Shown: piece after piece, positions 35,633-46,642 of the stretch | Numbering within the stretch: position 1 is the stretch's first letter | Layout of the letters: every line of letters begins with the position of its first letter | NCBI GenBank assembly: GCA_004431415.1 | Contig: QPMI01000472.1 | Coordinates: forward strand, 1 to 64,000 | Origin: Cyanophora paradoxa CCMP329 | Lineage: Eukaryota > Plantae > Glaucophyta | Length of the DNA stretch: 64,000 nucleotides | Reading direction: 5' to 3' | Notes under the pieces: model-generated | The model's input: only the letters and a program-made list of their open reading frames with translations | The model's database searches: none | Told to the model about the DNA's origin: nothing | Translations under genes and position numbers: made by a program

Positions 35633-37189
35633 ATGCCTCTCAAAGTAGTTCTCAGTTTGTCAGGGGGAGGTGCAAGGGGCATTATCATAACCAGGCTGCT
35701 CAAAGAAATCGAAAATCGAACTGGAAGAAGAATAATCGATCTTGTGGATCTTGTGAGTGGAACTTCCACTGGTGGGATCATTGCAATAGGTTTGAATATA
35801 AGACATCCTGATAAACCAGGTGAACCTAAACTGACAGCAAACGATTTACACAACATTTACCTAACTCAACTGCCCTTGATTTTTGCAAATCCTCGAAATA
35901 TCATCGAAAATGCCCTATTTAACACAAAGTATGATGTGGGACCCTTGGAGACTGCAATCAATTCAGTTACTGGTGAATCACTAATACAGGATTCCCTAAA
36001 GGACATTGTGATTACATCCTTTGATACTCAGAATATGAAACCAATATTTATCACAAATGATAACAATTACAACTTTATGCCTTGTAAGATTGCTGCTAGG
36101 GCTACTTCTGCTGCTCCTACATATTTCTCTCCTGTAAGCATTGTTGATTTCAATCGGGGAGTATTTGTCTGTCTCATTGATGGTGCCATTTCGGGAAACA
36201 ATAATCCCAGTGTGTGTGGTTACAGCCATGCAAAGAAGATTTACAGTGATGATGATGATATTATAGTAATAAGCATCTCTTGTGGTGAGGTGGACCCACA
36301 TTTAGAGTCTGATTATGTGGGTTATGCTTATGAGACTGTGAACAGCTGGGGAATTCTCTCATGGATTGCCTCAACAGATGGAAGCCCATTGATTAACATG
36401 CTCATGGCTGCAAGTGAGCTTTCTGCCCTTGATAAGATGGAGGAGTTGTTACCCTACAACTATGATCAGGATTATGGGAGATACTATAGGCTATCAGTCC
36501 CACTTCCAAATCACATAGTAAGCTCCCTGGATGACACTTCTAAAATCCCAGACATGCTTGCATTCACTGAAACATACATTGCAGCAAACAATGATATGAT
36601 TAATAAGCTTTGCAGCATTCTAGTAGCAAACTATGAATTAAAGAACCCTTCAAAGGCTTACATATCATCCACTCTCACTACATCACCTCCTTTGGATGCA
36701 AATTGGTATCAGCTTGCAGATGATGCCTTCACTGCCTCATCCTCTGTGACAGGTAAAGAGCCTTTCATGGCTAGACCTTCAGCATTTGGCTGGGAAGCTG
36801 GAGCCTATGCTCCTGAGCAGATATGGGAAACCCCCACTGAATACCTTCAAGTTGCTTTCCCATATACTTTCGAACTCTCCTCTGTTATTGCCTATGGTTC
36901 AGGGGACACCAATGCTTTTATTAAGACTTTCAATGTGGCAACATCCACTGATGGGATCAACTGGTCTTTTATTCGATCAGATGGGCAAAACAAAATATAT
37001 GTCTGTGAGAACATTAACAATGCTCACAACTCTGGTGATGTGGCTCTATTGAGTGGATTTCCTCTCAGCATCAAGGATGCTTTTTACATAGGTTTTTCTC
37101 TCAGAATCAAGTATATTCGCATTTATCCCCTTGTGTATGTGAATGCTCCCACAATGAGAGTGGACTTTACAGGTGCCTTTATTCGATAA
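35633..37189 (+). CDS. Patatin-like phospholipase fused to a discoidin (F5/8 type C) domain
   Basis: SLSGGGARG, GTSTGG nucleophile, ATSAAPTYF, DGA; C-terminal YLQV.F...STDGINW...KYIRIYP...MRVDF. Confidence 0.88.
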   Translation: MPLKVVLSLSGGGARGIIITRLLKEIENRTGRRIIDLVDLVSGTSTGGIIAIGLNIRHPDKPGEPKLTANDLHNIYLTQLPLIFANPRNIIENALFNTKYDVGPLETAINSVTGESLIQDSLKDIVITSFDTQNMKPIFITNDNNYNFMPCKIAARATSAAPTYFSPVSIVDFNRGVFVCLIDGAISGNNNPSVCGYSHAKKIYSDDDDIIVISISCGEVDPHLESDYVGYAYETVNSWGILSWIASTDGSPLINMLMAASELSALDKMEELLPYNYDQDYGRYYRLSVPLPNHIVSSLDDTSKIPDMLAFTETYIAANNDMINKLCSILVANYELKNPSKAYISSTLTTSPPLDANWYQLADDAFTASSSVTGKEPFMARPSAFGWEAGAYAPEQIWETPTEYLQVAFPYTFELSSVIAYGSGDTNAFIKTFNVATSTDGINWSFIRSDGQNKIYVCENINNAHNSGDVALLSGFPLSIKDAFYIGFSLRIKYIRIYPLVYVNAPTMRVDFTGAFIR

Positions 37190-38110
37190 ACTCCAACTGA
37201 AAAGAATTGTCGATTCCATTCATATCAATCAGTTCACCAAAGTAATCTTTAAACTCCACAGTGAGTTCCCTTATCACCAGGTTTCTGTCATTTATCTGAA
37301 TGAATTCGGCATGCTCACCACTATGGTAAACATAGCCGCCTATATCTTTACTCAATTGCAGTCTAAGGATTGCCCCCTGGTTATGTGGTTGCGATTTCGG
37401 GATTATATTGTGTCTGCTGGCAAAGGGGACAGCTCTTTAATATGCATGTACAGATACTGCTCAGCATTCATATCAGACATCTTCCTGCTGTCAAAATAAT
37501 ATTGCAAGGGCTTAGATGAGAGTCTGGGTCCCGAAAAGGTGGTTCCCCATGCTGGGTGATCAGGTGTAATAGGTTTGCCATCATACTTTAACAGGTTCTC
37601 AGGTCGATAGGGTGATCCACCAACAGGAGGAGTGCTATAATACCCATTGGTGTATTCAGTAGAACTCACACCCAAAAGCTTCCCTATTCTCTGGTTGCTT
37701 GCAATAAAACGAAACTCATGGTTACTGTAAAACTCCACTTTATAGGTAGTTGGGTTATAGAATATCTTGAACTCAAAAGCTACTGTTTTGCCTGCAATGG
37801 TTTGGAAGCTTGAATAGTTCAGCCCATAATTATAAGGGTGTGTTACCCCAAAATGACCCTGGTTAATGTAGCCACTGGGAAGGGGATACACTTTCTGTGT
37901 GATGATTTCATTGTATGAACCATCTTGGTAATTAAACTGAACTGTTAGATGATCAGTTCCCACACTGTTATAGATACTGTTTGGAATCTCTGCATAGAGA
38001 ACCCTACATTCCCTTGGTCTCTCTACTGGAGTTGTGAGAGTGACCCTGTAAGAGTTTTCATTTTGTCCTTGGCTTCTATCCCTGCTATCAATATTAACAA
38101 GTCGATTCAT
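37179..38110 (-). CDS. Minor capsid (penton) protein 1, element C (one frameshift near 37420)
   Basis: MNRLVNIDSRDRS...RVLYAEIPNSIYN...NGIDNSFQLEFIE. Confidence 0.82.
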
Positions 38111-38139
38111 TTTAATATATAAATATAGATAAAAGAAGA

Positions 38140-39149
38140 ATGCCTGTGGATTACATCGAGGTTAGCTCATTTAATACAATCTCTGGTGATGGTCCCACAT
38201 CAAGCTTTGTGGCAAGACTCCCAGTAGTTATGAGAATGTGAGGGCTGTGAGACTGGTCTCAGCCGAATTTTATAACAGCATCCCTATGGTGAGTGGTGAA
38301 ACCAAAGTAGGAGATGTGACAGTTGACAATGCATTTAGCATTTATTATTCTGAACAAACTCCTGGAGCTGGAAGCTCAGGAATTCCAACAGTTCGCCCAG
38401 CTGCTGACTATGAACAATGGAAACAATTCATTATAAGTCGAAACACCCCCATCCAAAGCCACCAGCAACTGGTGAATGTAATTAACTCTAAATTCGAAGG
38501 CAGAAATCCCCAACCATCCATTCGCTGCAAATGGGATGAATCACTGAAACGAATTATATTCCACTCAGCAGTACCATTTTACTTGGCTTTCTCAGTAGCT
38601 GTGAACCCAAGCCAACAAACAATCCAAAAGCTGTTGAGTTCAGCTAGACTGCTGGGTCTTGATCCTGGAAGATATGGTAACTCCCCAATCCAATCACAGG
38701 TCTATGATGCTCTCACTGATGGAATCTTTACTGGTGGTCGCGTGAATGGCATTATATCTTCTTTTGAGCCTGAGAAGACCAGGGACAGTGTTTTGTTTGT
38801 GAGAGTAAAGGAGCTGGGTGATCTGGTGCAATGTGGGGATGGTCTTCTGACTGGTTACTTTCACAAAATAGTGGTCCCTGATAAAGACTATGGTGAGCAT
38901 GTTGTTTACAATTCAACAGAGGCTCATCCACTTTATAAATACTATAACAAAAAGGTTGGATTATCCACTTTCTCGGTTGATATTGTTAATGCTGTAAATG
39001 AACCAATTGATTTTGAGGGTCAACCTGTTCATCTGACCTTTGAAATTCGCTATGGTGATGAGCCAGCAGGAGACCCAGTTTATGAATACTTTAAGATGAG
39101 AATGTCGCAGCTTCACCCTTCCTATCCAGTTATTACAAGCTTCGCATAA
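38140..39149 (+). CDS. Minor capsid (penton) protein 2, element C (frameshift in C-run near 38220)
   Basis: MPVDYIEVSSFN start as in element B, continuing into ORF 38238-39149. Confidence 0.8.
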
Positions 39150-39202
39150 ATTAAGGATCATTGGTAGATTTTTTATGTTGCAGTATAATAAAAGAGAATA
39201 TA

Positions 39203-40568
39203 ATGGATATCACTTCCACTCTTCAAAGACTTTCGCTGAAAGAAGCCCTAACAACCCCAGAAGAGGCGAAAGCCTTTTTCCTGGATAACTCCCTTATGCT
39301 TGGACTCGAATCCAAGTCTAAGCCAGTTCTAGTTGTTGTGAATCCCAGCAATACTTTTGAGAATAATGTTGGAAATCGCATTTCCTTCAAGCTACCTCGC
39401 TACAATTTCTGTGGAAAACTCGAACTTGCTTTCGACCTACCAGAAATCACTTTTGCTGGTGAAGATCTAGTTCGCAATGGATACACTCGCCCAGTTGGTG
39501 CTTTAGTTCAGCGACTTGAAATTACCTATGGATCTTACACCTACCACATTCCTTCTGATTTCCTTGCTCATTTCCCCTGGTCTATTATTCGGAGGATCAA
39601 CTAGCTAAAAAGAAACGCTCAATGGGCATGGTTCATGGAATCCCTGCTCATGGAACCAACCGACTTGGTGGCTCATTTTTCGTTGAAATCCCAGTGCCTT
39701 GGCTAAATCACTATCTTCCCTTGGTGCTTTATCTGGTGAAATGGTTGTTACTGTTTGGTTTAAGGATGCTGGAAAGGGTTATGTTGAAACTTCCTATGGT
39801 GGTCGCTCTCTCCCTGTTGTTGGTGGGACAGCTGCTGATAAGACAGAAGATGATGGTCTTGGTGATACTGCTAATGCTACACTTGCCCATGTTGGTCAAA
39901 ACATCACCACTTTCAGTCTTGGTGCAACAACCCCTGCTATTTCAATTACTTCTCCTCGCCTTTACATGCATGCTATTAATGTTTCTGATGAGCTTTTCGC
40001 TACTGTAATTGAAAAAGTAAAGACTACTGGCATGGCTATTCCCTCCCTTGATATTGGATTTGTAGATGCCATTGCTTTCCCTGCCAAGGGCAATGCCCAG
40101 CCCAATCGAATTAACCTCTCTCAAATCTCAGGTCTTGTCTATGCTCTGCTTGTTTCAGTTCGTGATTATGAGACTGTTGACAAATCCAATGGCTCCCACA
40201 GTGTTCTTAAGACCTATGCCAACTCCAAAGATATTACTTTCACTGTTGAAATTAATGGACAACGACTTTATGCCACTGAGCCAATTTCCCTACTCAAAGG
40301 TGCTGAGCTAATTGCTGATGCATTCAAATGCTCTAACATGGATAAGGTTGCAGATAAATATGTCCTTTCAGGTTTAAGTTTCTGCATTGATGGAGAGAAG
40401 GCGATTCGAAATATTGCTCAAAGTGGATTTGTTGACCTGACAAATTCCTCATCTTCATTCCTCACACTCTACATGCCCACAGATAAGACAATCAATGTTC
40501 AAGTTCGCGCTTTAATGCATAGTTTCCTCATTATAGACGGTTCAGGTGTTCGTAGAATCAATTTATAG
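39203..40568 (+). CDS. Major capsid protein (double jelly-roll), element C (two C-run frameshifts)
   Basis: Colinear with the rejoined MCP of B; 1366 nt plus two restored C gives 455 aa; lies between pentons and packaging ATPase. Confidence 0.82.
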
Positions 40569-40627
40569 ACCATATTCAGTCTCCCTGCATTATTTTTATC
40601 TGTCTTTATTTAGGAAGATCTACAACA

Positions 40628-41410
40628 ATGCAAGATTTAGAAGAGTTTAATGTCTCTGAAATGATTAAAGGTGTTTTCAGAGCCATTTTTATAGGCAAAA
40701 GTTGTACGGGAAAAAGCGAATGTGTAAAGTATTGGTTAAAGCAATTACATGATGCCAAAGTTATTGATGTTGTCCTAGTTGTGAGTGGGACCAGCTTCAA
40801 TCATTTCTGGAGAGAGGTTGCAACAGTAGAACTTGGTAAATGGGATGCCGGTTACATTTCAAAGCTTTTGGATGAAAGGCAGGAGAAAATCGAAAAGGGT
40901 GAACCTGTCAACCACATGTGTGTTGTTTTAGATGATTTAATTGATAATGAGATAATTGATTTAACCAGAGACAAGGTGGTGTCATCTCTGTACAGTAGGG
41001 GCAGACATTCGAAAATATCCATTATCTGCATTACACAGAAACTCAGAAAAGTCTCTTCCACTATTCGAGTTAATTCTGATTATGCTGTTTTCCTGAGTGC
41101 TGCTAATCGCAAAGAACTTGAAGCCATAGAGGAAGAATACAATATAATGCGAAACAAGGAGGACTTTTACAAAATGTTTGAAGAGTATGTCCACTCCTAT
41201 CAGTATATCGTTTGGTCCTCTGCTGGCTACTCTGTTAAATACTTTGTAGATAAAGCTGAGCTTGTCAAAGACTTCCCATTTCCTCGCTTCCACAGAAAGC
41301 CAAAAAAGAAAGAAGATGAACTGAAACCACCAGAGAAAGAGGAAGCCCCAAAAGAAGTGAAAAGCCAAGTCCATAGCAATAAATTGATGCGATATAAACG
41401 CGGTTTATAA
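40628..41410 (+). CDS. A32-like FtsK/HerA genome-packaging ATPase
   Basis: Walker A GKSCTGKS, Walker B VVLDD, RGRH...ITQ, IRVNSDY. Confidence 0.93.
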   Translation: MQDLEEFNVSEMIKGVFRAIFIGKSCTGKSECVKYWLKQLHDAKVIDVVLVVSGTSFNHFWREVATVELGKWDAGYISKLLDERQEKIEKGEPVNHMCVVLDDLIDNEIIDLTRDKVVSSLYSRGRHSKISIICITQKLRKVSSTIRVNSDYAVFLSAANRKELEAIEEEYNIMRNKEDFYKMFEEYVHSYQYIVWSSAGYSVKYFVDKAELVKDFPFPRFHRKPKKKEDELKPPEKEEAPKEVKSQVHSNKLMRYKRGL

Positions 41411-41438
41411 AATTATCTCTCATTCTAATAAAGATACA

Positions 41439-42173
41439 ATGCCTCCCAAACGAAAAATAGGGATCCCAGCTGGGGCTGTTGGCTATTCAGGTGGTGGAAA
41501 CAATGGATCTATTAACACTGAACCAATGAAATTCAATGGTATGAACGAAATCAAACCCTCACAACCCCAAGAAGACCCCCTAAATGCTGCCTATGAGGAA
41601 TCAGTCGATGACAAAGCCCCACAAAGTTCAACTGCTGACCAACTCAACATCTCACCAGAAGCCTCAAAGATGAAGTCTGTTGCTGAGGGTGCCAGGCGAA
41701 TTATTGGTGCTGCTGATGATAAAGGTTTAGGCTTGCAAGATCTGTCATTGGCTCGCAAAGGTGAAGGTCTAAGTAAAGAATCAGACAAGGTTATTCAGTC
41801 TATGGCTGGTGAAGTCACATACAAGACTGCTCCCACTCAGAATGTTCATCGAATCCCCAAAGCTCAATGGGATGAGATGACTGCTAAACTCAAAGATCTG
41901 GAAGCCAAATCAAGTGCCTTGGAGCAGTATGTTACTGAGAAGAAAGAGAGAGCCAAGCTAAAGGAGATGCTTCGAAAGGAAGTTTATAAAATGGGTATTA
42001 CTGGTGTCCCAGATAAACAGTTTATTGCTAAGAAAGAGAACCAAAACGATGAGCAGGCAGTAGATGAAATGAAAACAAAAACCCAAAAGGGAACCATTGA
42101 ACCTGGTGCCACCAAAGCTGAAGTAGAAAAGGGAGTTGCCCCAACAGTATATAAAAGACGAGTTTGGCTTTAA
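41439..42173 (+). CDS. Conserved charged coiled-coil protein, possible core protein
   Basis: 244 aa, highly similar to 54782-55516. Confidence 0.75.
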   Translation: MPPKRKIGIPAGAVGYSGGGNNGSINTEPMKFNGMNEIKPSQPQEDPLNAAYEESVDDKAPQSSTADQLNISPEASKMKSVAEGARRIIGAADDKGLGLQDLSLARKGEGLSKESDKVIQSMAGEVTYKTAPTQNVHRIPKAQWDEMTAKLKDLEAKSSALEQYVTEKKERAKLKEMLRKEVYKMGITGVPDKQFIAKKENQNDEQAVDEMKTKTQKGTIEPGATKAEVEKGVAPTVYKRRVWL

Positions 42174-42195
42174 TTATCTCTGTTTTATTAGAGAT

Positions 42196-42468
42196 ATGGA
42201 CATAATACGAAAGTTCTTCGAGATGTTCAGTCTGCATGTGGTGAGCAATTGCCACAGTGGATGTTGTGAGACAACAGTGGAGTTTGAGATGTCAGATAAT
42301 GAGGATAATGCCTCAGAAGCAAGAGAGAGAAGGAGGTCTACAGTTTCTGTGGAGTCAATGCCAGCAGACCCCACAGAGTATACATATGAGCAACAGGAGT
42401 ATCCAAGGAGAAGTTCTCTGTCAGCAGAAAACGTTTTCTCTGGGAATATAAATGGAGGATACTATTAG
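42196..42468 (+). CDS. Small protein with amphipathic N-terminus and CHSGCC motif
   Basis: MDIIRKFFEMFSLHVVSNCHSGCC matches 55544-55777. Confidence 0.65.
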   Translation: MDIIRKFFEMFSLHVVSNCHSGCCETTVEFEMSDNEDNASEARERRRSTVSVESMPADPTEYTYEQQEYPRRSSLSAENVFSGNINGGYY

Positions 42469-42697
42469 TTTAATCGAGTTTACCAGTGATGAACCTGTTA
42501 CTGAGGGGTCTATAAGACACATTCTGGCAATGCAGAAACGATATAGAGATGACCCAGCCTATAGAGAGTATAAAAAGCAGCAAGCCTTGGCATCCTATTA
42601 TCGAAGAAAAGCCCAAAAAGAGGAGCAGAGACCCAGAGGGAGACCGATTAAATATTATTTGCCTACTGATAGTAGCAATGGACCCCCAGGTCTATAA
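42452..42697 (+). CDS. Small basic AT-hook protein
   Basis: QKRY..D..YRE..K..AL..YYRRK...RPRGRP. Confidence 0.65.
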   Translation: MEDTISLIEFTSDEPVTEGSIRHILAMQKRYRDDPAYREYKKQQALASYYRRKAQKEEQRPRGRPIKYYLPTDSSNGPPGL

Positions 42698-42849
42698 GAT
42701 AATCGAGAAAAAGCGGTCTCAGTATGCCACTGAGGCAGCTATAAAAGTTTACAGACAGGAACTGGTGTTCGCAACAAAAAATGACTTAAAGAAAAAGTAG
42801 ATAGGTTGTATTGAGGAAAAATTATTTTCGTATCTACTATTAAAGAGAA

Positions 42850-43176
42850 ATGCCGAATATCCGCAAGATACTCACAGATGATGAAAAAGCAGAGAAGCTG
42901 AGACTGAAAAGGGAGCAAGATGCCCAAAGAAAACGCGAAGCCTATCATAAAAAGAAGGAGGAACGATTATCCCAAGGAGCCGCTACAGTTCACACACCAG
43001 AAGAACTCAAAAAGATTGCCCTCAGACACCAGAGGAAATACAGGGAAAATGAAGAATATCGCGAGCAGAAAAAGGCAAAAGCGCTGGAATATTACCACAA
43101 GAAGAAAGATGAACAGCCCAAGAAACCCAAAGAGCATAAACCGGTTGGAAGACCTCGGAAATATATCGAAGAATAA
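42850..43176 (+). CDS. Small basic AT-hook protein, paralog
   Basis: YREQKKAKALEYYHKKK...KPVGRPRKY. Confidence 0.7.
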   Translation: MPNIRKILTDDEKAEKLRLKREQDAQRKREAYHKKKEERLSQGAATVHTPEELKKIALRHQRKYRENEEYREQKKAKALEYYHKKKDEQPKKPKEHKPVGRPRKYIEE

Positions 43177-43394
43177 ATTCTCGATCGAAACAAATTTTGT
43201 AGAAATCGATTTGATCGGAGGCAAAAAAATGACAGCTTTCTTCCCTCTTTTTTAAAACTGTACCTATATATCGAGACAGTATCCCGACCCAAAACTACTT
43301 AAGGACTTGGCAAATAATAGGATATATATAAAAGACAATTCCTCCTTCCGAAATTATTTTCTTTGTTAAAGGTAGAAGTCCCCCAAAATCGAAA

Positions 43395-45987
43395 ATGAAC
43401 AAAATCGAGAAATTCGCCACCCCTGTTGAAAATGCTACATTCCTTAGTACTCTCATTGGTGATCGCAACAAGGTCACCCATGTATTTGATTCTGCTGAAG
43501 ATGCCCTTGAAGCAATTGATAATAGCAAGGTCAAGACCTGGGCTGAATGCATTCAGCCTGAACAAGTGACCAGAGTTTACCTGGACCTGGATAAATTCGC
43601 TGATTTGAAGGAGAATATTGCTGATAACTATGCTGAGGCTGAAACTGTTGTAAGAGAGATGAGAGATAAGCTATGGAAGCGATCTGGGACCACTTCGATT
43701 AACGATATTGCTGTTGCAGTTCGCCATAGAAGGGTTTATTTGATCAAGGAGGATGTCACCAAGTTCAAGATCTCAGCCCACTTTATCATTAAGTCGCTTG
43801 CATGCAAACATGAAGATATCCCAAGCTTTTCAAAGCTATGGGATTGGTGAAAAATGAGGATTATGACAGTGGAGTTTACAGCTCCACACAGAACCTTATC
43901 TGCCTCAATTGCTGCAAAGGTGAGACTCTGGATGCTCAAAATAAATCAAAGAAAGATGTTGATAAAAACGTTTGCTTTAAGAAATTCGTTGACTGTGACA
44001 AAGTGTTAATGCGAAATGAGGACTTCTTTGTATCTTTCTTCTCAGCTTCTACTAAACTTGTGGATGAATCGAATATTTCTGCATTCGCAAATTATAGCCC
44101 TGAGCCAAAACCAGTTAAAAGGAGCCAAAAAGTGATAAAGTGAAGACTGAGAAGGTAGAAGCTGAAAAAGACACTGAACCCGAAAACCCTGTTACTTTCG
44201 AACTGCTACAAAGTGTTATAATGGGTCTGAATGGTGAGAGAGCTAATGAGTATAAAACTTGGATTGATGTAGGACTGGTCATCATCAATGTTGGGGAAGA
44301 CAACAAGTTCACCCCTAAAATGCAAGCTGAACTCTTCCACCAATTCTCAGAACAGAGTGACAAGTATGATTATGATGAATGCCAGGAGAAGTTTACACAG
44401 CTTCGCAGAAGCAAGAAGAAGGCTGAGCCTGGCAAAGTGTTGACCTTCAAATCCTTGGTTTATTGGTTGAGCAAAGATAACAATGAGCTTTTCAAGGAAC
44501 TCTTCCCCAAAAAGTATGCATTCCTACCAGAGGACACAGATGAAATCGATTACAAGACTGCAAGTATCCCTCCTTTGGCTGAACATTACAATGTGCATAA
44601 GAGGTATTTCAATGCTCGCATGCATCATGTTGAAAATGTTGGTTGTGTGATGCTCTGGGATGAACAACTACTTTGCTGGATGCCCAAAGATATTGGGAAG
44701 CTCTCTACAAAGCATTTCCCCCACTTGATGCATAAGGTGATTGTGAATGAGGGGACAGATAATGAGAAAGAGAAATGGGAGCAATCATTTAGGAAATGGA
44801 TTGTGGATCCCACAGCCACAAGATCTACTTATATGGATTTCCTCCCACCTCCTGCTACTCTCAGTGCCAAATGCAAGTCTGTATTTAATCTCTATCCAGG
44901 AATGAAGGTCGACCATCAGCAATTCGAAAATGCCCCAGAGGATGTAACTGCTGAGATGATTAAGCCTTTCCTAGATCACCTGTTCTTAATGTCTGGTGAG
45001 GATCAAAATACCTATGAATATCTGTTGAAATGGTTTGCCCACATGCTGCAAAAGCCTGGGGAACTCAATGGAGTATCCTTAATCTTCATTGGTGAGCAGG
45101 GAACTGGTAAAAATGTGTTGGTTGATACTTTCCAAAAGAAGATACTTGGAGATGCCCTAAGTTATGCAACTGGAAAGCCAAAAGAGGATCTGTTTGGTCG
45201 ATTTGCCCACAATAGAGAGGATAAGATCTTGATTGTTGTCAATGAAGCCTCAGGCAAGGACACATTCGAAAATAATGATATGCTTAAGGATCTCATAACT
45301 TCTGATAAGATTGTAATTGAACACAAAGGGATAGATTCATACACAAAAAGCAACTTTGCCAGGATTATATTTACCAGCAATAATAACATTCCAGTGAAAA
45401 TTGAAGCTGGAGATAGGCGATTTGTGGTTGTTGAAGTTAGTAAGAAATTCGCAAAGGATAGGTCATACTTCCTTCCACTTGTAAAATGGCTTAATGATCA
45501 CTGCAATATTCGAAACATTGCCCACTATTTGAGAACCAAAGTTGACTGTGAGGATGTGAACTGGATTGCTGATAGACCCCTTACAAATAAATACTATTTA
45601 GCCCAGCAGGTATGCGCCCCAATCATTCTTATGTTCACTAAGTGGCTTGTGGATCGAGGCTTAATTTCCGAGAATAAATGCAAGTCTGGTAGCCTTGTGG
45701 AAACCTGGAAGTGGTTCCAGGAGTTCATTACCAGCAACAAATATAAAAACGATTATAATAGTCGCAGATATTATACTGAAATGAGAAGTGTTACATATAT
45801 TCAAGTGAAAACTACAAATGGCAAACAATACTATCATTTCCTATTCCCACAAGTATTTGAGGAATTCAGAAAGATGAAGCTTGTAGATGATGAGACTATT
45901 GAGGAAGAAGCTAATCCAAGGATGAAACAGGACCTACCTGCTGCTGATCCTGATGCATCAGATTATGATTCTGATGTTGAAGTTTAG
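43395..45987 (+). CDS. AEP primase - PriCT-2 - SF3 helicase, element C (three ORFs, two frameshifts)
   Basis: RVYLDLD, KISAH, D.GVYS..Q; Y.TWIDVG...FHQFS..S.KYD..EC; Walker A GEQGTGKN, VVNE, IFTSNN, DRRF. Confidence 0.85.
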
Positions 45988-46180
45988 GTTTACTCAAAAG
46001 TGGACTCATGGTTGACTCAAATTTATCATAAAAGACCCAAACAGTCTTTTATTTATGGTTTATTTATCGATTAGGTTGACTAAGTGGGGGGAGTTGACTC
46101 ATTTTTTCACAGATTCTAAAAAAGGACTCTGCCCTAAAAAGAAATAAAAAGTGCCTCAACTCCACCCACTAAGTCAACCA
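45988..46180. promoter_or_regulatory. Putative replication origin directly downstream of the helicase (GTTGACT / AT-rich / AGTCAAC)
   Basis: 46074-46180 resembles TIR segment 26341-26450 (GGTTGACTAAGTGGGGGGAGTTGAC...ACCCACT.AGTCAACC). Confidence 0.6.
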
Positions 46181-46230
46181 AAAAATGATTTAAGAGATAG
46201 AAAAATATATTTATATGTAAGTAGTAAGAA

Positions 46231-46581
46231 ATGGCTGGAACAGATCATGATTCTGGATCGATCTATATGATTGAGAGTCAGGAAATGAACAAAATCTACA
46301 TAGGGAGAACCTCACAGCCACTACACAAAAGATGGAGACAACACAAATCAGGTGAAATGAAATCCACAGCAGACCTATGCAAGGCTGCTGATGTCAAGTT
46401 TTCAGTCTTGTATTCAAGCAAGAATGGTGGGCATGAAGACCTAATGAACAGAGAAGCATATTACATGTATCTGTTTGAACCTTGGATAGTCAATTTACAA
46501 AAACCGAAATCAAGATTTAGAATTAATCGGTTTTTGCGATTCCATTCAGAGGAAGCCAATGGATCCATTAAAACATTTTAA
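46231..46581 (+). CDS. GIY-YIG endonuclease
   Basis: GSIY...IYIGRT...L..R..QH...RE..Y...VN. Confidence 0.85.
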   Translation: MAGTDHDSGSIYMIESQEMNKIYIGRTSQPLHKRWRQHKSGEMKSTADLCKAADVKFSVLYSSKNGGHEDLMNREAYYMYLFEPWIVNLQKPKSRFRINRFLRFHSEEANGSIKTF

Positions 46582-46642
46582 AAATGCGTTTAGAACATCC
46601 TAAAATAAAATATCCCCTTAGAATAGGAACAAGTTAGGAATA

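Noticed and set aside
39203-40568. Frameshifts in MCP, pentons, helicases and fibres as pseudogenisation or programmed frameshifting
   Set aside because: The breaks I checked are mostly one base missing from a homopolymer (e.g. TTCCCCTGG, CTTCCCTTGG, CTCCCAGT), and restoring it gives colinearity with the sister element. This is typical long-read error; short-read polishing is needed to confirm.
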